From assembly GCA_004431415.1 (NCBI GenBank), contig QPMI01000055.1:1-40805 (forward strand): a stretch of 40,805 nucleotides of DNA, in the 5' to 3' direction. Every line of letters begins with the position of its first letter. Within the stretch, counting starts at the first letter, position 1. Made by a program: the position numbers and the translations under genes. Of the stretch, positions 23,392 to 35,676 are shown in pieces. The notes beneath the pieces were generated by a model. It was not told where the DNA came from. It did not search any database and saw only the letters and a list, made by a program, of their open reading frames with translations. Origin of the DNA: Cyanophora paradoxa CCMP329 (Eukaryota > Plantae > Glaucophyta).

Positions 23392-26387
23392 GTGCAGCTG
23401 CCCGGCATCCTCGCGCATGACCAGCTCGTTCTGGTTCGCCTCGCGGAACGGAGCTCGACGGCGACCGGCGGCGCCGCCCCACGGGCGCCGGCGAGCATAC
23501 GCAGCGCGCCAAGCGCCCGAGGCGCGAATCCGAGGCGGCGTGCGGCTTCGGCGTGCGAGAGGTTGGTCAGATTACGTTTGACCTGTGCAAGACGCTGCGG
23601 GACGCGGCCGCGGCGAGTTCTCTCCTTGCCGACCCGCTCTCGCAAATGGTTCATCCAACTGTCGGCGCGGCGCCTTGCAATTGTGGTTTTCGGCCCGCAC
23701 ATGACCGAAGCTGTCCGCAGCGGCATCTGGCGAGGCCCCTATCATCGCTCTACCGGCGAGCCAGCTGAGCGCGAGCTGTGTGGATCGAATCGCGGCGCTG
23801 TGCGAGGCCATGGGACCCCAGCCTTCGAAGACCTTCTGGCGGCTGAGGCGGAGGAGTCCGTCTGGGAGCTGACAGAGGTGATATCGAGGCGCACGCGCGC
23901 GCGCACGAGCCATGAGTCGGATCTCACGACCGCTTCGCAGGCCGCGAGCTTCCTCCAGTGCGACTCGGTGCTCGCGGCGTGCGGGCGCGCGCTCCGCGGG
24001 CGGATCTGGTGGCGCTCGGGGGCCGGCTCGACGCTGACCGCGGAGCACATGCCGAGCATCAAGTCCGGCGCGGGCGCCACGCTGACCGATACGGATATGG
24101 CTGCCCTCGTTGAGGTCTGGAGTGCTGAAACTGTTGCTAGACCGAACCTATGCATGCGCAAAGAATGCTTGATCTGGGTTCTTTTGGATTTGCGCACTAA
24201 TATTAATATATATATTCGCGCAGGTCCAGGAGTTTCTGAGCTCGCTGGTGGCGGCGCTGCCTGCCGGCCTCCGGGATGCAGACATCGCGCAACTGAAGGC
24301 CGCAGTCGAATCCTGCGCAAAGGCACGCGCGCGAGCGCAAGCACAGGACTCGGCAGTTGATCATGGTCGAGGAACTAATCTCCCATTTGGTTCGATATTG
24401 CAGGCGGTGGAGAATTTCTGCAGCGCCATCCAGAGGACAGGAGGCAGACGCAGCTGCGACGCCACATCATCGCGGCTGTGGTGGCCCCGTGCATCGTACG
24501 TAATCAGCCAGGGACCTTCCGCAAATCATTTATACCCATGAGGGTTTCTCATTCTAGATCAAATTAAAGCTCTCCCTTTCTTTCTTTCTTCCTGAAGTTC
24601 TGTTAATTAAAACGTGGCCAGGAAGCGGGCGTTCGGGCGCTGGCGCTCTACAGCGCCGCGGCGATCGCTTCCTTCAACGAGCACCGCGCCCGCCTGCCGC
24701 CACACTTTGCCGAAGGTATCTCTAAATTTATCTCTTTCGAGTCCAATCAACATAGCAACTTTCATCGCGCGTGCTATGTTCGTTAATATATTTTATTGAA
24801 CAGATATGCTGAACCTGACGACGAGAATCGAAAGAGGCACCCCCGTCCAAAGCGGAGCAGGCGCCAGCGCCAGCGTCGCCTCGGGCTCCGGTTCCGGACC
24901 CGCCTCCAGTTCAGCAGAGCTGCGGGCCGCGCCGGCGTCCGTGCAGGCCCTGCAGGCCCCTTCGGGCACGTGGGGCGCTTGCTGGGCGTGGTCCTGCGGG
25001 CCTTTGGCACGCTCGGCCGCCCGCCGATCCCGACGCCGATGTCGACTTCGGGATCGACGGCGACGTCGTCGGGATCGGCGGGATCGATATCGGCGGCCGG
25101 GGCACGCTGCGCCGTCGACGATCTGCTCTCGCCGCTCGGTAAGGCCTCGGATCGAGATCTAAAGTGTATTTAAGTCTGTGTTTTATACGTTCGAGGATTT
25201 CATTTGCCCTCGCCCTAGGTGATCGTGAGGCGCAGGCTCTAGAGCGCTAGCCTGAGCTCGGAACGCGTGTCGCAAAGTGGTTCTTTCCATTTAAGTGATT
25301 GTTGGCGCAGTGAACGGATCGCTCCTGAAGAACTGGGTCGACCCGGCGCTCGGCGCGATCGGGAGCGACGTCGCTTTCGCGGTCCTGGCATCGGCGTCGG
25401 GGAAGGCATGACCCCCGCCCCGCCCCCGGTCCCCGATAAGATGAGAACTTAAACATCTCTTAGGAGTTAGCCTGCTTTAATCTCTTAGGTAAGATAAGAA
25501 AGAATCTCTGTTTATCTAATCTCGATCGGGCAGGCGTGCCCTGGCTCCAGTCGGGCGGCTTCCCGGAACACGCTCGCCTGCTCAAGTCGGTGCGTGAGGC
25601 GTCGTTTCTGTTCTCTCCGGTCGATTCGGTCGCGCCGCAATTGCAAAGCTTAAGCTTGGAAGTCAATGATAAGTAATTGATTGATTGTAAATTCTTCGCG
25701 GTCAGATTCTCCTGCAAATCGAGGAGAAGCTGTTCCTGGGCGGCAGCGAGAAGCCCTCCTAAGGACGAAGTTCCACACAGAAGCCTTCAAGCACCTCTGC
25801 GCCCAGCTCGCGGCGGCCGCGGCCGCGCCGACGCCGGTTGCGAGTCCGGCCGGTGCAGTACGATCGCGAGCGCCTGTGCCGGCGTTCCAGTCCAGGGTGA
25901 GCGATCGCGAGCTCGAGAGACGGGCGCAGGCCTAGGCCCGCTCTAGATCTGTTGTTGTTACTCTTCTAGATGCCCTTAGATTCGGGCTTAGCTCTAGCTT
26001 TTGCTAAGCTTGCCTCAGCATGAGGCGTCTCTTAATCTGCTGCAGGGAATGGCTCTGGCGGCCTTGGATGCGGCGTTGCCTGGATGGGAGACGGGGTTCT
26101 CAAGGATCGTGCTGGTGCGGTTGCGTTTGCTTTCAGTCTGATTACAAGCTTAAGCCCCTTTGCGAAACATTGAGTTTAAATCACCGTGTATGACCAGATG
26201 CTGGGCGAGCGCGCGGCCGCGTTCGCAGCGTCCGCGAGGGCGGCCGAGGCGGCCGCAGCCCCGGCCGGCGCCTCGGTCGCCAACAGATCCGGCCGCCGCC
26301 TCCGCCGCCGCCGCCACTGTGCAGCAGCATCTGGAGGCGCTGTGGGGCGCCGCGCCATCCGCTTCGTCGTCGACGGCGCGCAGCTGA
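23392..26387 (+). CDS. Skp1-like protein with a long C-terminal extension, possibly a degenerate cullin N-terminal repeat region
   Basis: VREVGQITFDLCKTLRDAA..|GEAPIIALPASQLSASCVDRIAALCEAMG..AFEDLLAAEAEESVWELTE|AASFLQCDSVLAACGRALRGRI parallels the Skp1 pattern (FEV..A..S.TI..M; IPLPNV....L..VIEYC; LFELI.AANYL.I..L....C..VA.MI). About 8 further spliced exons follow. Start uncertain (~23300-23400). Confidence 0.6.
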
Positions 26388-26684
26388 CATCGAGGCACGT
26401 CGACGTCCACTCTTTATTCCATAGAAATTATGATCATATTCAACTGAGCTTATATTAGCTCTTAAGCTTATTTTCGACTAAATTCTTAAGCTTATATAAG
26501 CGGGGCTTAAGCTTAAGAGGCACGTCGACGTCCACTCTCTATTCTGTAACAATTATATAACGCAGTTGGAGCGAGCGTCTATAACGTCCAATCTTTATCC
26601 CATAACGTCCACTCTTTATTCTAAAACTTTCAATCTTCTATAGTGTCCACTCTTCTTAAGCTTGTATTCGACTAAAGAGTCGGC

Positions 26685-29594
26685 ATGAGCGCAGCTGGAG
26701 CGAACGGCGGCTGAAGAAATGAGAATCTTCCGCGCTGCGTTCGACGAGTACGGTGCGGATTAGACGCTTGCCTCGCCGGACTAGCTCTGCTCGCGATCGG
26801 AACGCTTAGAGTTGATAAAGGACACGTGCACGTGGTGCACGCAGTGCATGCGTTCTGAAGCGCCGATCGCGAGCAGGCTTCGACATTATGATCCGCGAGG
26901 GGAGCCCCTGTTTGAGACCGTTCGCTCGGGACCGACCTTCGAGCTCGTCGCATCGTACCTCAGACTGAAGCTCGTCTACGAGCGCTCGGTGCGCTCTGAT
27001 GTGCACCAGTCTCATCATAATCAGTAGTCGACGTCTCATTAGTTCTGCGTCATTATTCGCTTTCATTATCTTCAAAGATCTCATTAGTCTTAATACTTTA
27101 GCTTGACTCGCGTCCATTGCAACCGGACTTATCTGCGCGTCTGCCGTGCTGTGCAGATCCGCCGCACACGCATCCGAGCTCGAGCCTGGAGCCAGCCCCC
27201 GGGACCCTCAGGTTTCGACGGCCGCAGCGGCGCCGGCGGGAAGCCCGAAGCAGCACAGCCGCGGGTCGCCCCGGCGGCTGGCGAACCGCACTGGCAACAG
27301 CTCTGCTGCCTGCCGGGGCCGGCGTCGGGCCCCGCGGCGGCCCTCCGCTGGCTGGGCCCTTCCTTCGCCCCCGAACTCGGCATCAAGGAGCTCCTCGATC
27401 TCATGCGGGTGCGCGAATAGAGCGGCTTTCGCGGGGCGTACGCGTCTGAAACCGTAGCTTCAATATTAATGGCTTTCGCGGCGCCGGCGAGCGCTTGATG
27501 AAGCCACGCTTAGCTCAACACATAATTATAATGAATAATTATCATGATACATTACGACGGCTCCACATCAATGCGAGCTCCTAATTACAAACGTACGCGT
27601 TGCAGGCGGCGGGCGGCCTGGGGCTGCTGCCGCTCATGGACTTCGCATGCCACCGCCTCGCCGAGCTGCTCGCCCGTGCGCGCGAAATTCCCGCGCGCGC
27701 AATTCGCGATTTTCGCGAAATCCGCGCGACATGCAGCGAATGTTAATATACGAATCGCATCTTCTTATGGCTTTTTCGCTTCTTCTTATGGCTTATTAAA
27801 TGCTGCATACGCAGGGCACGGCTTCAGCATCCGGGCGGGCAACGAGGCCGTCCGGCAGGCAAGCGAGCCATTCTCGCTGCTTTCGAGTGATTGCATCTTT
27901 GCATGCGCACAGCGTTAAATAGCCGTTCTTAATTTATTGCTCTTAAGACGAGTCCCACCGCGCCGCGGGCGCGCGCACTGTGGATTTATTATATAGGCGG
28001 CTAAGTCGGCTTCAAGCGCTAGCGCTAGCTTTCTTTCTGCCGGCGGCTTCGTCATAATGTTCATAGTTGTATCTTAACCGCGCTGGCGCGCACGGGCGGC
28101 GAATTCGAACGCGTCTCCTCACACAGCGGCCGCAGGCGCTGGGGAGCCGGGGTTTCGAGGAGCGCCTGTGCGCGGACCGCGCGCCGTCCGCCGGCGCCTC
28201 TTCGCGATGCCCACCCGCCCCGACATCTTTGGTGCGTGATCACGATTCTAGATGCTTATTTCTTAGAAGCAAACCTACAAACCTAATCTCAATATTTTAA
28301 TGCTGTCTAAATCTATCTCTGTCTTGTTTCCAACCTTAGCTTGCTTTCCCGCCCTGATAGCTACAGCACTTCCGCTTCGGCGCCCTGGTAGAAGCGTGCC
28401 CTTGCACCGGCTTCTCGGCTGATCATAATCGCCTCGCTCACTGGGCGCAGGCGAAATCCTCTCCCTGAACGGGGCGATGTGCGAGACGCAGGTCCGAGAC
28501 CTTCGAAGTCGCCCGCCCGCCATTCTGCTTCCCTCCTAAGAAAGATTGCTTCGCTTAATGCATCCCATCGCCATTTCCCTGACACCGGCGCGGCTGCGGC
28601 TGACGAAGGCGGGGCGGGAGGCCTGACTTCAGCTTAAACTAAAGCTTAAATTAAGCTTACATCAAAGCTTAAGCTTCCTTCAAAAACATAATATATTAAC
28701 CATTGAGCCCGGCAGCTGACGGAGGCGGAGCGGAGGCGGGGCGCATCCGGCGGGACGCCTACTTCGACCCCCTGGGGGAGGGTGCGCCCGCCCCCGCCCC
28801 GCCGCCCCGCCCCGCCCGCCCGCCCGCCCCGCTCTGCGTCGCTGCCATTTTATGCCTGAATCAAGATCGAGCTCGCCGCGTATATCAGACTCACTGCGCC
28901 GGCCCTTCGCAGCGTTCGCAGCGGCTGACGGCATGGGAGCCGGCCGTCGTCGCCGGCCTCCGCCTCGGCCCGCCCTCGACTCTTCGCCGTGCGCCCAATT
29001 GGACCTTACATAAGTTATTCTCGGCGCGATAAACTAACTAAAACTAAGATCTATAAACTAAGATTAGAGAGGTCTGTGTAAGGTACGAGTCAAGGGGCAT
29101 ACGAGTAAACAGGTCTTTATAAGACGCAAGTTAATTGATTTGAAGGGACTTCGATTCGCAGGTGGCGGGGACACGGCCAGCCGGGCTGCGGGAGATGGCC
29201 CTCGACCGCTTGCCGAGCTCCTCGCCGGTCCGCCTCGCCCTCCCCGGTCCTTAAGCTTCCAATTGTTGCCTTCTGCTTCTCTCCGTTCTTGTCGCCATTT
29301 GTCGGAGGCGCCGGCACCGGCGCTGACAATGCGATCGACTGCAGCGCACGGGGCGGACGCCGTCGATCGGGGCCGTGTGGAGGCGGCGGCGCGGCGGGCA
29401 GGGCCGACTGGGGATTCCGGGCGGCCCTGCTGGAGCGGCCCGCGGCCGCCCTGGCTGCGCGCCAGACCTCGAGGAGCATAGGCAGGATGGGTCGACGTCG
29501 CTCCCGATGCAGCCGGAGGCGTAGCGTAGCTAGAGATAGCGGAGGCGCAGCTGTGTATAGCCGCCCTGGCCGCGGCGTTGGACCTCGAGCATAG
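26685..29594 (+). CDS. Second divergent Skp1-like protein
   Basis: EPLFETVRSGPTFELVASYL (~26900-26965); KELLDLMR|AAGGLGLLPLMDFACHRLAELLA (27385-27675); VRRRLFAMPTRPDIF (~28186-28231); LTEAERR-IRRDAYF (~28715-28765) resembling Skp1 FTPEEEEQIRREN. Needs frameshift corrections. Both ends uncertain. Confidence 0.55.
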
Positions 29595-30335
29595 GCCGGA
29601 GTTCGTGCCCCGGCCTCAGGGCCCGATACAGCCGGGGGCGTAGCTAGATACAGATCTAGCGCCGGAACGACCCCTTTCACACATATATATAGTCATGATC
29701 AGTCAGAATTTCGAATTCGCAGTATCTCCGCGACGCAGTAGTTTCGCAGTATTCAATTTCGTAGCTATAATCATTATTCTCATGCTCACAGATTAGATCA
29801 TTGGGCAAATATACAGCTTATATTACCTTGATAGTAGTGCACTTAGTAATGGAATTGCTCAAAGGCTTAAGGTGTCTCCCGGGCTTCAGATCTAGAAGCG
29901 CGCAGCAGCAGCAACACACAATGCCCCGAATCGATCCCTGCCGCCCAGAATAGGTCCCCTACGCTGTCGCCTCATGTTTAATTTCACTTCAACAATTAAT
30001 TATATAAAATGCCTCAGCATACATTCTCCATTCAGCCTGAGCAAATTAAAGCCCGGTTCAACTTTGCAAATTTAAGCCTGACTCGGCGAGAACGATGCAA
30101 CGCAAACCGTGCCGAATCACTGCCGATGCGAACTCATCTTTATGCGGTTCCCGAGCTTCAAGTATTACGTGAGCAATTACCGGTCAGCCATTCTTAATAT
30201 TGACTGATTGTAAATCCCCCTTCTCTAGCTTCTCCTTTCTCCCTCTCTTTGATCACAAGTCAAGGCGATCGCGACCCGTCAGAAATGCCGATAGTTAAAC
30301 GTTTCCTCTATTTCACTTCTGTATATTCGCGAAGG

Positions 30336-33300
30336 ATGGCTGAGAGCAGCGCACGCGCGCGCGCTCGGACCGAGAAGAGAGCCATCGATGCCGCGCAATT
30401 GCGAAGCCAAGGTTGCGCGCGCACGCATGAGCAGCCAACACGATTGCAATTGTAGACCTGATCACGAATTCGCGCTCTTCGCGCGGAATCCGAATTAAAA
30501 TTTGCGAGTGCAGGCTCCGGCAAGTCGCTCATAAATTTATCTGCATCCAAGCGTCCAGAAGCTTGAAATTCGCAGGTTCGAAAACAAATTGAACGTTTGG
30601 CGCAGCGAGGGTTTTAATGCCACGTTTGCTTGCGCGCGCGCGCGCCGAAAAACCTATAATCAACTTCAGATGTCGTGGAGACCGTGCCCACGAGATCGTC
30701 GCGCGCATTTTCGGTCTCTTGCTGCGAGGACCGCTGCTGCGCGGCGGCCGCCTGCAGGCGTGGCGGCGGGCTTCGCAGGAGGCGCCACCTAGCAAGTCCT
30801 TGCCTTCGGTGCTCACTGTTCGCTCCAATTCCTCTGCCGCACGGATCGCCCATTTTTGGCGCTTCAACTTCCGCGTGATTAATATTATTATATATGCAGA
30901 CTCTTTGTGAACGCGAAGGCAAGCGAGGGAAATCCAACCGAAGCGATGGGCGATCTTTTGGAGGACCTCGAGCGTTGCGCGATTCCAGATCCGGATCCGG
31001 CCTTCGTTTCCATCGGCCAGGACGTGGCCATTATGCGGGAGGCGATGGCGGCGAATTCGAACTCGAACGGCAGCGGGCGCCGCCTCCTGTCGGTCGGCGA
31101 GGCGGTCGCGATCATGCGGTCCCCGCACTGCGCAGCGGTGGAAGAGCTCGACCTGCAGCTCTTCTTTACGTCTCTGGACGTCTGCAGCGACGACGACGAT
31201 GATGAATTCGAAGGTGATTACATTTACAGAAGCCGCTCGAGCTCGCCTTTAAGCTACGCGCGCGCAGATGGCTACAGTTATGCAAGTTCGAGCAGGAGTT
31301 CGAGTTTGAACTGCGCCAATGAGCTTCTCCGACGCTCTTCGCCGCATTCCAAATCGGTGACGCGCTCAGCACGCTGGAGCCGGAGAACGAGGCCTACGAG
31401 GAGATGGACATGTACAATGCGTCGGGTTTCGTCACGCGAAATATCAATCTCGACGACCTCCCAAACCTTCGCGAGCTCAATGTGTCGCGAATCAACGTCT
31501 TCACAAAGACAAAGAAGCCCGCAGCATTCAATTTCTTGAACGTACGTACGCGCCCGCTCGCTTCCAATTGCAATTCGCGCGCGCTAACCGAAAGCTATGC
31601 TCGGAACGCTTATATGCCTAAATCAAATGCCTAAATGCATGAAATAATGACGCTGACGGCTGTCCCTAATAGATTAAATGACTTCGCCTTCGCCGACTGA
31701 CGCTTTAATTTGTGCCCGTTCGTGACCAGTACTTGGACATTGCACCGGCGGCCGCACCCACGCTCGAGAGCTTGGGCTTCGACGTGTCGCTATACGGAGG
31801 CGATTACGATCACAGGAACATAGCGTCTATTCTGTTGAGTCCTTCCCTCCCTCAGAGAGTCGCGAAGCTCTCACTCAGCAATTGCAATACGGTCGTCGCG
31901 CGGAGGCTGAGCTGCACGCGCTGGCGGCCGCGGGCGTACAAAGCGGCGTGCTCGAGTTTGAGAAGCTCGACTTGTCTTCCGAAGGGCCTACTAGAGACCT
32001 GACCATGGCGGCAGCCGCTGCGAAGCCCGCGGATATCGATTCCGAGCACAATTTAAATCGCAGTTTGTCATGGCCAGGCGCCACATGTACATGTACATGT
32101 ACACGCAGCTGCATATAAGGTTTGACAAGTGCCTTCTGCCGACCCGCTGGCCCGTCGCGATCGGGGCGCTTCGAGGGCTCGCGAGTCTGCACGCAGCCGT
32201 AGAAAATCATTCGCAAATCGCATTCCGGATGCATATAGTGTTAATTTCGAATTCTGGCATCTCTGGCAAACGTCGCAGATTGGAAGTCGTACAGTCCCAT
32301 CTGACTCCTGCTGTCATCCATTGGCTTGGCAGTGAGCTGTTTATTGCGATCGAGCTTTGCACGTGCACATATGCATCAGATCCATCGTCGTAATCGATAA
32401 TATATATATCATGATCTCTCCGATATCAATCACTCATGATCATGATCCATCGCGATCGTCGTTATCGATAAATATATCACTCGCGATCCATCGAATACAT
32501 ATACATATCACGCGACGCACCGATATATATATCGATATCGCTCGCGATATCGATATCGTCGTGATCGATATCACTCGCGACCCATCAGGTGGCGCTCACG
32601 TGCCGACGCTGAACGTGCTGACCCTGGATTCGAGACGCGCAACGTTGGATACGACGGCCTCCCCGGTCGATACGCGGCACATTCCGTGATCCGGTCCTTG
32701 CAAACACTTATAATTAAGCCTGATGGGCTTTAAGCTTGACGTCATAATTTATAACCGTGTACTGTAGCTTACAATTGATCTCTGACGATTCTTGAGCTTA
32801 ATCTTGATGGCTTAACGTTATATAATTTGAGCCGTTCAGATTAGAGCTAACGCACTAATTCTTCGGACAGAGCTGCTGGCCTCGCTGGCGTGCTCCAGCG
32901 GGGCGCGAGGCTGGTTCTCAGGCTCGGGGGCCCTGGCCGACGGCGCGGCCGCGGCCTCGCAGAGGGCCTCGCCGCTTCGCAAACAACCCGAGCGGCGCCG
33001 ACCGCGCGGCGCGCGCCGCGACGTCGCGATCGAGCTCGCGGCGACCGCTGGGCGACGGCGATCGCGAGGCCGCTGAGGCGGGTGCTCGATCGCGAGCTGC
33101 ATGCGCAGCTGCAGCTGCGGCGCGGGTTGCAGGCGTATATACGGCATGCGCATTCGAATCGAATTACGTGTTAACGTTCACGTCGATGGCTATATTTAAT
33201 ATTCGTGCAATTCGAACCATAGGCCTGATCGTAATGTACGTTTTGCGCGCACGTGCAGCCGCGGAGCAAAACCGGTAACGGTGCCTTCGTGCCTCGATCA

Positions 33301-33507
33301 CACTCGAGCTCCAGCCTCGATTCGCATCGGCCCACCTCGATTCGCATCAGCCCGAGGCGCTGCGAAAGGCGCTTCTGCTTCGCAGGTCCTCGAGGCTCTA
33401 CTCTAAGTAGGCCGCTGTTTAATGTCATTCCTTCAATGCATATCCACGAGAAGCAGCGCGAAATCCACTGGCTCGGGCCAGTCCGACTGTGCATGTCGTC
33501 ACATTGA
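30336..33507 (+). CDS. F-box / leucine-rich-repeat protein
   Basis: Exon ~30670-30781 gives VETVP(H)EIVARIFGLL(P)CEDRCCAAAACR(A)WRRASQE (F-box) after three 1-bp corrections. LRR-like segments CAAVEELDLQ, DDLPNLRELNVSR, APTLESLGF, QRVAKLSLSNC, FEKLDLS and VPTLNVLTLD follow. The 3' end is 33174 or 33507. Confidence 0.7.
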
Positions 33508-35092
33508 TAGATAACTGATTTCGCAGCGGCAGCCGTCAGGCATTGAGCCTGTTTGTGCAAATTATAATCGGCACCGCGACGCGGAAACCAGTTTAAGCTG
33601 ACTCAGTTTTAACCAGTACTAGTTCTCTCGAATAACAGTTTTTGGATCGAGCCAACTTGGCAACGCTTGCAGCCAACAGCCGTCGGGCGGCCACCGAGTA
33701 GGAGCTGCGAAATGAACAATATCTATACATAGCTATATATATAGCTACCTATCCGATGATCTACCACCGCGCAAGTACTACGAGTTCTGAGTTTTCGCAG
33801 AATATCGCAGAACTTCGGAAATCGCTGGATAACTTAGTAAGATCTAGAGGCTAAGGCGCCCCAGGGAAGAGAGCCCCAGGAAAATCAAAACCAGTTTTCG
33901 AATTCGCAGCAGTTTCACAGCAGCGGCTGCTATCGAGCTGAAACGAACATCACTGAGTGCACTTCTCAGCCTCACTCGGGTTCGCCTCCGTCGGACGTCT
34001 ACCGCGAAATCACGCGCCGCGGCGTGCACGCGTGCGCGCGCTCGTTCGATTTGCCAGCGCGCGCGCGCGCATATGGGCATGGATCTCGGCCCGCGCGACG
34101 TGGCCGGCCTCTCGGGCTCGGTCTCCGCCTTCGAGGTCGGCTGCTTCGTCTCTTCCTCGCCGTCTTCGCCTTCTCCGTCCTCTGCCTCGCCTTCACCGTC
34201 GTCGTTGCCGTCTCCTCGGGCGGCGTCTCCCTCGGCGGCTTCGCCTAGCGCCTCAGGCCGGACGTCGACTCCGGCCGCGGGGCGCCTGCCGCGCCCGCGC
34301 AGGTGGCACCGCCGGCGCGGAGGTGCGCGAGCTCTCTCGTAGTATGCGCACGCGCGGCCTGCAGTTGCTGATTGCGATATATGTATACGTCTATATATAA
34401 ATATTAATATCAGTATTGATTGATGCATACACAGGCTCGCGATCGATGCCACAATATCGTGTAGGCCGTTGCAATTGCATTGGCCATGAGGCGCTTGCTG
34501 CTGGGCTGTCGGTGCGCATGTGCAGCGTTTTTCGTAGTCAGACTAATTATAAGAGATTTGCGTGCAAATACACAAAAGCGAACGTGAACAGTATTGCTCG
34601 CAGTTTGTGCGGCATGCATGCACTTTCGACTACGTATACGCGCGCTACGGGCGAATTCGACAGTCGAACAGCTAACGTTTAAATTTAGTGACAAATTCGA
34701 GAGCGTATATACGTGACATTAATTTGTATCATTTCTCCTGGCCACGATGTGGTTCGCATGGTTTCGTAATCCGATGATCGGGCCGCTAAGATTTAGACAG
34801 GAGATATATAGATAATTAATTGCGATTTCGTTCAATAGCAAGCAGATGAAGTGGTTCCGAAGTTCACTGGCAAGACTTGGCGAAGTCGAAAACTATTACT
34901 TGCTATTACTTACTTGCCACTGCGGAAGCAGTTCTTGCACATGGACCGATGAGCATGATCAGTCGACGTCGCTATACTGGCGAAACTATTACGTATATAT
35001 GCTAGATTAATGCTTTTCCATGTGCGTATGTGTTAACGTTTACGCCTACGCAAATCGTAATGGAACATTTTTCGCGGAATCACAAACACAAC

Positions 35093-35510
35093 CTATACAG
35101 CGCTACTATTGTGCGAAAGCATCTAGTGCTTGAAACTACACATTACAGCAACCAAGGAAGAACCTCTGATCATGAGCCTGCAATGAGATAAACTGATTAT
35201 ATGAATCCGGAGTCCTAGCTAGAACTATACAGCTATTGTGCGAAGCATCTAATGCTTGAAACAAAACACTACAGCACCAAGAAAGAGCTCGCGATCGGAG
35301 CCTGCAATGAGATAATTGATATATATATCGATTACATAGATTATTGAAATCCGGACCGTCGACGTCGGATGTCTAGAATTCGAAGCTGTGCAGCTGTTGT
35401 GCGGGAGCATCTGGTGCTTGAAACCTAAACACTATATATAGCAACTAACGTTTACGAAGAGCCTCGGAGCCTGCAATGAGTAAACTGATTATATAAATCT
35501 GGAGTCTAGA
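35093..35510. repeat. Three tandem copies of a ~125-160 bp unit
   Basis: Units start at 35093, 35225 and 35386. Shared blocks: CTRTRCAGC, TTGTGCG..AGCATCTRRTGCTTGAAAC, GAGCCTGCAATGAG and AATCYGGA. Confidence 0.85.
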
Positions 35511-35676
35511 GAAGAAGGTGTACGTAGGTATGCGCGAACATAACTGAAACTACGCGAACTACTGCAGCGGCTACTGGGCACGATATATCCATCTATAATC
35601 AAACAGTGCAGATTGATAAAAGTTCTAACGTGAACAGAGCGCTATATATAATGACTAGCGTATGCGGTAAATGAAA

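Noticed and set aside
33844-34452. GC-rich block open in several frames (acidic on -, Ser/Pro-rich or hydrophobic on +)
   Set aside because: Strand and frame cannot be decided and no domain is recognisable.
35093-35510. Hammerhead ribozyme reading of the hairpin followed by GAAAC
   Set aside because: The required CUGANGA box upstream of stem II is absent (TTGTGCG instead).
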